From positions 87,668,001 through 87,732,000 of the forward strand of contig OZ320313.1 of NCBI GenBank assembly GCA_976226885.1: a stretch of DNA of 64,000 nucleotides, written 5' to 3'. Position 1 is the first letter of the stretch, and every line of letters begins with the position of its first letter. Below the pieces are notes generated by a model. It did not search any database. It saw only the letters and a program-made list of their open reading frames with translations, and was not told the DNA's origin. A program made the translations under genes and the position numbers. The DNA is from Iphione sp. A-MEVVRFRX5. Its lineage: Eukaryota. This document shows positions 11,001-24,200 of this stretch, piece after piece.

Positions 11001-14000
11001 AAAACCTAGGTAGGGAGGGGGGTACATGTATCTTTTTTTCTTTTCTTTAGATTTTTTTCCATTTTCGTCCTCTGGTTTTTAATAATAATAAAGACAATAT
11101 GAAGAATTTTGACCAATCTGTATGAGTTTTATAGTTTTTTGGTGAATTTCCATGGATTTTGTTGTTTTTCTACTGAATTTACCAAAAACATATGCCGTAA
11201 AAACAGATATCTAAGGAAATGCAGCCTTGGAAACTCTTTGGGGCCAAAAACTTTTTAGATAGGGTGAGGTTTTACTAGGTAGGGGTGGGTTATCAGAAAC
11301 ACACCATATTCCCATCCTGAACAAATGTCGCTTTCCCTATTCCTGATTTCATCTCTACATCATTTTTCTGACTGTTTCCTGATGTTGGCAAGGTGCTGCC
11401 TAATGCCAAAGAATCTCTCGAGTCGGATGGTCCCAGTGGAGGTCCGTGCTCACCTGACCACAATCACAACCTATCATAATGAGATTGTCAGTTGAATAAG
11501 GATGGTACGAGTCACTAAAGGCATAGCGGGAAAATACCCACGCTTATGGATATAACATATAATATGTGAGTGTAACATCAATGCGTTGTCAGCTGGTTTT
11601 ACCCCATACAAATGCATAACCAGGATGCGGCTTTTGTTGATTTCAATCACCAGCCAATCTGAACGCACACATCTAGGCTGCATACCTGGAGCTTCATCAT
11701 CCTCGAACCGACCTTCCAGGCTGCGTGGCAGGGCCCAGGCCCTGGAAAGGTCTAATGGTCTTTGTCTAATGTTAACATAGAGCCCTGCTTTAGCAGGGTG
11801 TGAGCCTGTCTACAGCAGCTATGTCCCAGCTTGTGGGTGGAGGGGTGTGCAGTGGCACCACCCTCAACCGTACCCATCTCTGAAGAGGCCGAGGGATCAA
11901 TTGGAGGATCAATTGACAACATGTCATCCTAATGGGACTGCTTGATTGTTGCCAACTGTCTTTGATGGTAGCCTATCACTTGGGTCTGAGTAGGAGCCCG
12001 TACCTACAGACTAGGGGAGTACTCACATCTCTAGGGAACCTCCCGGCAAAGGATTTTGGTGAGATAAGTGCGCCATGCGGGGTAGGTAATCACCATCCTG
12101 GATACAGCATGCAGGGTGGCAGGTATTAACCTGTTAACCTTCTCTTGGAGGGTAGCTCGGACTGCAGACGCATCGTGCGGAGCCATCAATGCCAAGCGCC
12201 TTACTTCCTCCGGATGGGTAGTCAGGACTGCAGGTACATCATGCAGTGCTCGCAATACCAAGCTCCACACCTGCCCTGGGTGGGTAATCTGGAATTCGGG
12301 TACAACGCACAGATTGGATGGCACCAAGCTCTCTGTCCTCTAGAGTTTGGTAGTCTCATCCATAGGTATAAGCCCAGGGGCCTCCGTTCACCCAAGCTAT
12401 GGCCCATTGGAGGGACAAGGACTCCTCCACTTATGGATAACCAATGAGGACTTTGGGTGGAGCTGGTAGCTTCTCAACATCCCCTTTAACCACCTCTACT
12501 GTCCTTCCTTGCCATTCGTCCACAAAGCTGGTCTGTTTCATGCCAAATAGGCCCTCTTACCAGCCTAACAGCAAGACTGTGAGGACATAGTGTAAGGGGA
12601 GGCATCGTCCAGATCATTCAGACAAGAGGTGGCCACCAACCCCCGGAGTACTGTCTCCATGAGTCGTACAAAGGTCGAGGGTGCATTACACAAGTGAAAC
12701 AGTCTGCACTATCCTCCATTAGGGCGTCTGCACTGAGACTTATGGTTTCAGGCTACTCCACGGAGGCATTCACCTTCCTCTCCCCCATGCATCCCTCGGT
12801 ACCAATAAGAACTCTCAGGATCGTAGCTTCCGTATCTTTGATCACTCTCTACCTCCTCAAGGTCTCCTTCACCAGAATGGTAGGGCAAATGATCAGAGCC
12901 TTCACCAACAACTAAGCCTCCTTGAACTGTGCCACTATGGTCACCTTGCCCTTTGCCATCGGGACACATTACCTTCCCCACAGTCGACTCCAGACCGCTA
13001 TCAAGTCCCATGGGCTTGGACTTGGTCTCAGAAAGGAGCTTCAGTGAGGCATCAGTGTCTGCCAACCATGCATATTCATGCACCGTGACGACCATGCACC
13101 CGACGTGGCAAAAGAGCCCTGCTAGCTTCCACTTTGTTATCTCTCTCTAGCAGCCCCACCAAGTCCATTAGTAATTATAGTGCCCTCAGTTGTCCTGCCA
13201 GATGAGCTGCCTGGCCTCCATCATTCCTGCCCTTGTATACTCCATCGGTCATCCTTTAGACAGGTGATGGCCACTAGCTCATTTCCCGAGACCGCCACTG
13301 CCGACACCTTGTCTTGCCTGAAGTGAAGTGTGACGGATTATTACTGAAGTAGCAGCCTTTCTTCTTTGAGCCCTTCTGAGTGCCTCCCCCGAGAAGCTGC
13401 TTTAGTAATCACTCAAACCACTCCAATGCTGGTCCTAATGCATCTGTCACATTGGCTTTGGCTGCCCTTCGTCGGTCTTTATTAATAGAATTGTCTCTTC
13501 CTGCCAGTGTAACTTTTTGGGCCTCATTCGCTTCTTCTTGCTGCTGTAATATGACTTGGAGAGTTGGGTAGCCCACAGGTATTGAGCCTAGATAATCCAC
13601 TTCCCCACCTTCTCGTTGGCCGAGGCTCCCGTGAAGTACTCCCTATATACAAGTGCTTTAGAGCTTCCGAGTGCACGAGGTTCACCATCTATTCCACTTT
13701 ATTTGCAAGATATCCCTAGGTCTCTTCTTTGAGGCTGACCGCGTAAGGCACTTTCCCCATGTACACGCAGTATCTGTCCACCACCTGGTCCATGGTCCTG
13801 GCTGTCCACACCTCCCACCCCCAGAGGCAGGGCTAATTAATCCCCAAGTACACAGTTACACACTCAAAAGTATACCTAACACATGTTAATTGTTTAAAAT
13901 TGATGTTTTGTTGAAAGTGAAACAAATCAATGGAGATTTTGTGGCTTTCTGTTGAAAGAGGGACATATTGATCGAAATTTTGTGGCTTTTTGTTGAAAAA

Positions 14001-17000
14001 GGGACATATGGTTTACATTTGTTAAATGTCTTTTCTCTGCCTGCATGAGGTGGCGGGGTCCAGGTTGACTGGACCAACACCAATTGGTCCACACGCATCA
14101 GGTGGTGGGTCCGGACAGTCTGCCTGCATGGGGATAGCTGTATTTTAATTGTTTTGTCCAGTTTCCCCACTTCTACAGTCACCAGTGGCAGACCCAGATG
14201 TTTGGCATACATGGGGATAGTGCCTTAGGCAAATCCCCAGCTGCACTGCCTTTTTGTGTCCACTGATTCAAGGCATGACCATCTTCAAGTGGTTGTACTG
14301 CCGTCAAAGGAATTTAGAGTTGTGTTGGCACGCCTACTGCAGGCTTTGGGTCGCAGGGACTCCCTCAGCTTGCCAAGGAATTTTCTCCCAAGATGGGCCA
14401 TCTCTTCAAGGACATCATCTGTTTGCGTATGCCCTCACGTGGTTCCATTCATGCCTGCTCTCTTGCGGCCAGAGCTGGAAAGGTCACTCCTACATTCCTC
14501 CCTTGATTCATCTTCAGACTCATCGCTTTCACCACCCATCTTCTCCCTTTGGTCAGTGCCACAGGGTGGCGCTCCTCTGACGCCATCCCCCTCCACTATG
14601 AAAATGTCCGGTTGGGTGTTCCCCACTCTGCCTGCCTGGGCACTGGTCACTCCTTCAAGTAGAGTCAGGGGCCTTCCTTTCCAGTTGGTGGCACTACCAG
14701 GGCCCTTTCACAGAGGTATGAAGCAAGAAGCAATGGTGCTTGTCCAGCTTCAGTCCGCAGTCCCCAGTAGAGAAAGGCTGGGCACTATCTCTGCTTCTTC
14801 CTCCAGTATAACCCTATATCTCTCCCCCCTTACTCTGGTATAATCCTTGATGGTTTGAAATCACTCTGGCCCAAAATTACCCGGCACTATTTCAACGTGA
14901 TCAATTGCAATTGACGGATCGCTGAACGTTGAAGTATCGGGTACCGCGGACGTCACTTTTACTAATTTGTGGACATTGTCCAAATTTTCAGTGATTTGAT
15001 TGGTCGATTCTCATTATAACGTCATAATTAGTAAAGGTGGCGTCTACAGAACACCTTACTTCAACGTTCAGTGATCTGCTAATTGCTAGGTGATGCTCAA
15101 TGCAGTTCAGTGAATCACATATGCTGTGCATAGACTTATAATTGTTTCAGCTCAGTTACGTTAACAAACGTTACGACATTAATAAGTCATTAGAAATCAA
15201 TATGAATTTGGTAGGATTTATAGAAAAAGGTTCTAGGGACTGCTAGATGTATATGTCTTTAATGATGTGTATTAGACTTGAATCTTATTCACTATTTAAA
15301 CAGTCTTGTCCTGTTTCAGTTCGTATTACTGCATTGCCCTTCCATATCTGCATTGGAAACACATCCGTATACAATAACAAAGGTAAATGATTTCTGAAGA
15401 ATATTTATTTCATACACAAAAATAAAAATATAACATTTATTACAGAAATAATGTATATTACCCAGAATTGGCATGCTTACATCCTCATTAGGATGTTTGA
15501 TAGAAAAAAACTTTGGCCGAGGGTCCGAAACGTGTATGTGGGTGTCTGAGTTTATGTGTTTGAGCTACTTAATGTGTGTGTATCAGAATACGAGTATGTG
15601 TCTATACCTACTTATGAAGGCAGCCGCCAGAATCATTTTTCCTTTGAATGTCATACTTTTGAAGGCAGATGGCTATACCTCATTCCTTCATCTATGGTGA
15701 ATTCTTCCACTTCCAACTTGTCGTCTAAACGCTCAAGCCCTCAGTGAGCATACCAGTTCTAATGAACGACCCAAAGAGTTTGTGTTGTTGAACCTTTTTT
15801 TGTTTAAGGTTAAATTTACAGCAGCGTTCCAATATATGTTGTCAGCGATTCATCACCACTCACCTTTTCTAGGGATTCTGACACAGTGTTCTGACTATAT
15901 TATCAAGAGAGGTATGGATGAATAGCTTAAACCTTTAACTCTAACCATACCTTTTGTATACCAGTCATCCTAAAGGCTATGCAAGCTTAGGGAGACTGTG
16001 ATCTATTAAACTATCGGTTACAGGCAAACAGTGACAAGGAAAATATGACCGAATGTCTAAACTAGAATGTTTTTCCTTTAATAGCATTCTAAACGACAAA
16101 GGACATCACACTACAGAAATAACACTAGGTGGCAGCACTCCAATGATGTTGATATTAAGGAAGTGATAGTTGGTCCTCCCATTATTATAGGAAACATAAG
16201 CATGATATCTAAATTCAACAAACTGCAGGGGCGTCAGTAGTGGTTCGTCCTGTGTGTAAAATTCAGCGAGACCCGAGCAATAAGTGAGAGTTTGCTCTAA
16301 ATAGTAATAGTAGCTGTGTATAGGTATACCTGAACCTACTCCCACACCTTGGTTATATGCATATAACATGTAACTTGTTTGTGTAAAACATGTAGATTGG
16401 ACAGCAAACGTTGCTTTCATTTATCATTGGTAAACCGAGGAAAATGTTATTATCTAATAACATTGTCATTGAACCATAGGAACCTCTGTGTTCACCCAGT
16501 AAAATTTATGCAGTGCAACCTTTGTAATATTGATAGTAAACAGACTGACCATAAACCGTTCATAAAGTGGGATGTATGTAATACCAGGATTGTATAAAAC
16601 ATGAATACATATATAGATTTGGTTCTGCTTTCAGCCTGTCCATTATGTGGGATTAAGTTACTCCAGCATCAAGCTGGGATTGTATCCCAGCTCTCAGGTT
16701 TTGTGACTTAATTTCTCATGATTGTCAGCAACGCTAAAATCACTTGGTCCCATCAGTGATCTGATTAGTGGCCATATATATGTTTTAAATCTAAGAAGGG
16801 ACGGGTTTTACTTGTTGCTGATACTCCAAGCAGTATAAATGATAAGCTTGCAAATATTTCATACAAGCCCACAGGAGTCAATCACAATAAGAAATATATG
16901 TACAGCAATTCATCCGAATTAGGGAGTATAAGTCACAAACTTGAACCATCAGATTTAATTAAAGAAGTCAGTTGATTCCGCTATATCAGAGTATTCTTAT

Positions 17001-18250
17001 TTTAGAAAACTGAACGCATATTCATACAGCGACTGAAGAGTGATGTGCAACGTATGAAACATGACCAGAAGAACACATCGTACGCACTTTCTGCCCTATT
17101 CTTTTGAGAACTGGTAAATGTATAGTCATCTATTTAAACTATTAGATAACATCTTATCCTCCAGTGCCCGGCCCAGGGGAATGCCGTATTCTCGGTTCAT
17201 CTCAAGGCAGCAGGAGATTGGTCAGGTGAATTGGTAACTATGAGTAACCGGCCTTTTGTCACATTTCACTTGTTTGTGATGAGGTTTTCACATTGATATA
17301 TATATATAGATAGATAGATTAGTCTGATATAATATGAATGGTTGTCGTTGATAGTTTTGCAATGATAATGTAGTGGTAATGTCAACAGCAATGCACTTCT
17401 TAAACAGGAAAACTGAAATCAATGCTTTCCGGGACAAGTGAGGAGTTACCTGACACGGACGACCAGCCTCCAAGAAATGAAAACAAATGCACGTTAGTAC
17501 TTACGTGTACTTACAGTGGGAGCATTAAACCCTTTATTTCCATAATAACCTGTTGAAGTTGCCAATACGTAACCTTTATTACCATACAAACTACACCACA
17601 CGGACTGACACCATTAATTATCTTTAAGTGGTTCATTTAATTTAGCGTTTTCGCTTCATTACTAGTGTTTCATATACAGGAGAACCTTACTTTGCGACCT
17701 CATCACTTTGCGACCAAGATGACTATTGTGACCATTTTGGGTTGGAACGGAATTAATTTCAATAGATTTCCTCTATGAGAGTGTCTTGCTTTGCGACCAT
17801 ATTGCTTTCCGACCAAAATCACCATACGACCACTCATCTTAGCGTTATTTCCTATACATTTGACTATTGCTTTGCAACTGCCCAGCTTGGAGAGGGTCGG
17901 TCGGGATGGTCGGGGATGTCAACTGTGACTTTTGTGATCTTCTCTCACCCTGGAGAGGGTTGGCCGGCAGTGGTCCGGGGTGTCAACTGTGACGTCTTTG
18001 ATGGTCTCTCACCCTGGAGAGGGTCTGCCGGGAGTGGTCGCAGGCGTCAACTGTGACATCTCTGATGTTCTCTCACCCTGTGAGAGCGGACTTTTTGGAG
18101 TTTTAGTCATCAAATTCAGCACTTTTTTGAATTTTTGTATGTTAATAGAGAGAGAGAGGGAGGTGGGGGTCAAATTATTGCTTTGTGACCATATTCGCTA
18201 TTGCGACCATTTGGGGCTGACCCAAGTGGTGGTCGCAAAGTAAGGTTCTC

Positions 18251-18281
<31 letters not shown>

Positions 18282-21200
18282 AGCTTCAGTTTTGATTTTT
18301 CGGAATGACAGTTTAGATGGAAACATTAGTTCGGAATAGGGCACCAAAGCTCACGCGAGTTCCACTTCCTGTTAGGGAGGGGCTGGGCACAGGCAGTCAT
18401 TTCTCACAATGCTTTATGTATGGGACCAGATCTATAAATGTCTCTAAAAGCTGAACCATTGTTCTGTTTTCTTTGAAATTTTCAGTGATTATACACCTAC
18501 CCCATATCTATGAGTATGCAAAAGCATTTTACTGTAATCCTGTATTTTATTTTAAATAAATATTTTCAGATCAAAATATCCTCTATCCTTAAACCTATAC
18601 ACATTTCAAATTTTAGGCAAAAAGAATCAAAACTCATTGCTGTATAAACAGAAAATGATTCTGGTATAGGCTTTTTCAATAGCACTGACTGGAGCTCTGT
18701 GCCCAGCTGTTTGAATTCGCCAGGGATTCCCCACTTCTCATGCCAGAAACATGATTTCCTCAGGTGCCCTTTTATCATCAAAAATATAATGACTTCGTGG
18801 ACAGAGTGTAAGAGACCATATTCATCATGTCTTGATTTCTGGTCATCAGAGTAATATTACAGGCCTTAATGCCAAGATGATATATAAAATGCTGATATTT
18901 GTGCTGGAAGTGTTGCTTAGGTGATAACGTTTTTGACTACTAATGACTTTTCCCTCCACCCGGGTCTCAAATTTACTCTAATACTAAATGCTTCAATTTT
19001 TTTAATAACAGATAGAAACAAGTATTTTAACGATTTTTTTATTTAGTGAGTATGGCCCTTACAATTTTTTTTCTAATAATTTTTTGTTTAATGAACTGAA
19101 GCTCCTATTTGTGTCATGGATCCAATAATGAAGATAGAAGCCCAATAGAAACCTACTGACATTTGTGGGAATCGACAACGTACATAACTGACTAATCTGT
19201 CAAAAACTGATGAATATCCAGTTGTAAGATTCATCTTCTGCTCGCAGGCTTATGGTGGAGGGACCTTTTGCCTCTCCATTACAAGACTGTCTCTCTTACC
19301 GACTATGTCTTTGGGTTGCTGGAGGTATAGGAATCACGCCTTTTATTGCCCATCTGCATAATCTCAGGTAAGCTATGTATTTAAGTCCCATTCCTTGGTT
19401 ACCTGATCTTCTTAAGGTAAAGTTAAGGTGTCCGTTGTAAGTTGGCTCATGTTTCTATGTTGAATGTCTGAAAAGGTTGTATTTCTCCCTTCACTGTTAC
19501 TTCAAATGATTATTCTTTAGTATTCTTATAAAGGAACAGGGTTATTTGAAAAGGACCAATAGCTACGTAGCTGTCTCTTTCTATTTACAGAACAAAAATA
19601 GACATGTACGCATCGTTTCATGAAAGACGAGACATTACTACGCAATGCCACACTCCCGTTATCTTTGTCTACCTCTCGTTCAGTTACTCTGTTTGTTTCT
19701 CCATTGTCCTCGGTTTCTGTCTGCCTCAGACTCTATTAGTCTCTTTCTCTCACTCTCACTCTGTGTTTTGTTTTATAACTACCAAATCATTTTAGTACGA
19801 AATTGGTTAGATCGGCCGAAACTTTAAAAGCCATAACGCCTAGAACTGCCCGAAAAACAGGTGACCTACAACCTCTGGTTTTGGATCAAGTATCTGGTGA
19901 ATCATATTACCTACCCCCTTATACCTATTCCTCATGATATGACGACTATACCTTGCGGGTATTGTTCTAAACTAAAGCCATGCTACGCCCGACATTCTCT
20001 CTTTTAGGGAAACATCCGTTCGACACCAGATCGATAGATTGTACATTGTATGGCTGTGTCGTGACTGGGAAACATTCCTAGGTTTTGCCGAATTACTGTG
20101 CGATATTTACAAGCAGGTACGCTAACATGGTTGTAAATCTTATTTCACGTCTATTGGAATTGATATGTAATATGAAAGATATATCTTATACTGATGCTTA
20201 ACAAATGTCACAATACTAGAGCACTAAAATATTATCTACTTTTCATTTATCAGTTCTGGCAGGACAACCGTCCAGATGGCTTCCACATATCACTGCGTGT
20301 TACCGGGACAGAGGTGCTTCCCAGGGCACAGGTATGGATGTATTACTGAGGAAATTACTGTGGTATGCGGACAGCAGCACGGTATTAGGAATGTAAGCAG
20401 GCCTGTTGCTAAATTGGTGCTTATAATGCGTTTTCCTTGCTGCTCAAATTCATTTTTTGTTGTGGTTAGATGTGCATACTAATTTGGTGATGGCGAAATT
20501 CGTGATTAGATTTTCCATTTACCATCAAAACAAGATAACGGTTCGAGGAGTGCAGTATTAATCAAACTTATTTGCTATCTGCACTAACGTTTATATTCCC
20601 TCCCCCCCAAAAAACGAAATAGGAGAAGGAAATTTTATATTATTGAGGAAATGAGTTATCAGCACCCATGTGAGCCGCAACCTTTCTATATACAGTCGTG
20701 ACTTGTCAACCGGAGACTCAACAACCAAGAATCTGAATTAACTGAACTCAACTTTAGGAACAGATGTATCCAAACAAATTTGGAGGGAACCGAAGGTATC
20801 TGGTCAATGAGTATGACTGAATAATCTCTGGTCACTATGATTTGAAATTATCCAGGTTTCCTTCAAGGTGGTATAATCTTCAATGTCTGTCATTTACTAG
20901 TGACCTAAATTTATGGGAGTTTCCATTAAAATTAATATGGTAACAAGTAATTTTTAAATGTGAATGACGCACAACGAGACAAACCCTTTAACAACAGTAC
21001 CTAGTTTTATAGCAAACGTAGTAACTTAAAGTGAATCATATGTTTGTGGTGATTATACATATTGTGTAATCTCAGTTTCCAAATGACAAGCTATGTCAGG
21101 CATTTTGCAAATCTGGATGAAATCCCGACAGAACCACATACATGTATATGTTTCATTTCATCATTGTTAGTCTCTGGACAATTTGGACACTCATGTGCGC

Positions 21201-24200
21201 CAGACATTTTGCCCTTTGAGAATCCATTTTCAGTTTCAAAATACAATTTTGTATGGATATAACGGGGACAGTAGGGAGATGCTCTACTGCCTGACTGAAG
21301 GGAAGTGTGTCTTATGCACAAATCCCACGCCGCACGTTCTGCTTGAAGTCTTCCCACTAGACCTCAATCCATCATGAACAAGAACAAATGTTAGGATGTG
21401 AAGATAAACGTGAAGAGAGTGTTTCGCCTTCTACCTAAAAATAAATCATACAGTAGAGCAAATAGCTTACGACAAACCACATCGTATATAACCTTTGGAA
21501 AACAGCAAAATATCATGAGTAGCTCATGAAAATGAAAAACTGCTAAACACAAAATAACACATCACTTATGAAAATCGTGCCAGCAAGCATGAAAGTGTTA
21601 CAATGTTACATTGTTACACCAAAATATCGTTCGTATTCCAGTTATCAAAGTCCTAGGGAAGTTAAGTGTTGAAATGATACTAAGCTAGTGTGTCTTGGTT
21701 GTTATAGTTACATTTCATATCATTTCCGTCTGCTACCCTCCTCTGTCTCCAATTTTGTATGCTTTGTCTGGATACAGCAAGCCTTGCCACAAGTCACTAT
21801 GTACAGTCATTGAGTCAATATGCCCTGCAGTACATGTCCAGGGGTAGGTAGCAGTCCAGTGTCGCACTTCCTGTGGCGGTGCACTGCACAAGTGGCAGGT
21901 GTTTATGTGTGTCTGTGTTAGTCTGTGGACATCATGTATACAATACAATATTGCATTAAAACCACACAATTTCGATAGCTAGGGCTCAGTTTCAAAAAAA
22001 TTATTTCTAAAAGCAGTTTTCACAGTTGTGTCTCACAAAAATTGCAAATTGTAAATGCTTGTAAATTTATGTGTCTATTTTTGTGAATTTGTATTAAAAC
22101 ACAACTCAGTGCTGAAATAGGTAAATGTACTTACATATATTACATGTTCAAAGCTGGAGGCACAATTGACTTATCACCGTTTTATGTCATTACGATGCAA
22201 AAGAATTAAAACAATCATTGTAACTGATAGAGAGACTATAACATTCACAGATCAGAATATGACAGCTGTAATATGCTGTTTGTAAATAATTTAGATAGGA
22301 GATATATTTCCAAGCCGAAAACACACAGATCTAGATGTCTGATTTTAATCAAATTTATATCAAATTTAAACTAAACTCTAAGGAAGAAAATAAGCCTTCG
22401 CATGTCTCTCTAGCTTAATTTACAGAGAAGTAACAGCCGTGTAAATTTTTCCTGTGAACTTGTGATGTAAATGACGTAAATTTTACTGCGAATGTAACAT
22501 AATTTAACATAATAATGACGTAAAATGGTGATCAGTCAATGGACCTATTGCCGACGGTCAAAGAAATGGGTAATGTGCATGTTTTTTCTACAATCCGTGA
22601 CGTCATCAGGGTTATCCACCAATCAAATGGCTTAAAACTGTGACAATGTCACAATTTGGTGACAATTGTGTCTCTGTGTGCCTCCCACTATACTTGAAAA
22701 TTTGGCGATCGGCTCATTGATGCATAATATCATGCCAAACTGTTACGTCAAGTACGTCCTAAATTTACTTAAGAAAACCTATGTGAAATGATGTTATATC
22801 ATTCCCTACACACAGAATGTAGACCTCTGTCAGCAGAGAAAGAACTTCTGTTTATTTTAACAACATATGATAAATGATTCAGGAATCTGCATTCCCATAA
22901 GTGAAAGGGTAAAGAGTATTTCAGTTACCACGAAGCATGTACATTGTACTTATGTAGTTATTATTATGTCACATGGTTTATGCTACCAATAAAAATGATA
23001 TGGACCCGTCCACTGCCAGAAGGTGCCATGTGCAAAATAAAGTTATGACCAAGTCATTACTCGCACACTCGACATTCCAGTGACAAGCTGGCAAGTCTCA
23101 TACTTTCCACAGCCCTACTTTTGCCAATTCCTTACAGAAATTCCGAAAAGCACTTACAGGATGATCTTTAATACATTAGCTACAAACAGCCAAAACTATT
23201 TGTCCTCCCTCTTGTAGCTTGAGCTGACCTGTAAAAGAACATGTTGCATAATATTATCACCCAGATCTGTCACATGTAGGATATTTTTTGGGGTGCCAAG
23301 TATACGTGCATGGCTCCAATATAGGGTAAATAGAGGGGTGATACAAATAAGAAATAATAAAAATTAAAATATATAATGAAAGCATCTTATTTTGTTGACT
23401 ACATGCCATAGAACCTGTTAGAACCAATATATTTCTAATTTATACACAATTGTCATGTTTATGAGTATTAATTTTATGGAAAAATTGACCAAATAATCGC
23501 TTCCAAAATGTTACATTTTTGCATATACATTCTGTTTTAAACTATTATTGCCATTAAATGTATCATTTTTATTGTACTCTTCATTTAATTATACTTGCAA
23601 AACATGTATTTGTTGAATAGTATGAATGATTTGATATTAAAATCATAATTTATGGACAATTGGTGGCATTCTTATATGTTGGTTCATTTATAACTCTGGT
23701 GTCTTGTGTCATTACTACTTGTACATGTGATCCATTACTGAAAATAGGCTTTTAGGATATGTGAAGAAAGGGTTGATAATTAATGTTTTTTTATTGCAAT
23801 AAAGTTAATTTTATACATTGAAACAAAAAAACTATGGTTTTTGAATAAATGACAAGATTCCTTGTTAATAAGGCCAAAAAAATATAAATGTGTTTCCTGT
23901 AACAACCACCCGAAAACCTAGGTAGGGAGGGGGTATCTTTTTTTTTAATTTTCTTTCCACTTTCTTCCTCTGATTTTCAATAATAATAAAGATAATATGA
24001 AGAATTTTGACCAATTTACACTATATTTGCTGAATTTCCATGGATTTTACTGTTTCTTCTTCTAAATTTACCAAAAACATGTTTTGTGAAAACATGTATC
24101 TAAAAACATTCAGCCTTGGAAACTCTTTGAGGTAAAAAAAACTTTTAGGTAGGGTGAGGTTTTACTAGGTAGGGATGGGTTACCAGAAACACACCTATTT

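Noticed and set aside
13886-14843. ORFs of 108-195 aa as host genes
   Set aside because: They lie within the decayed retroelement region and are interrupted by stops; no independent gene structure.
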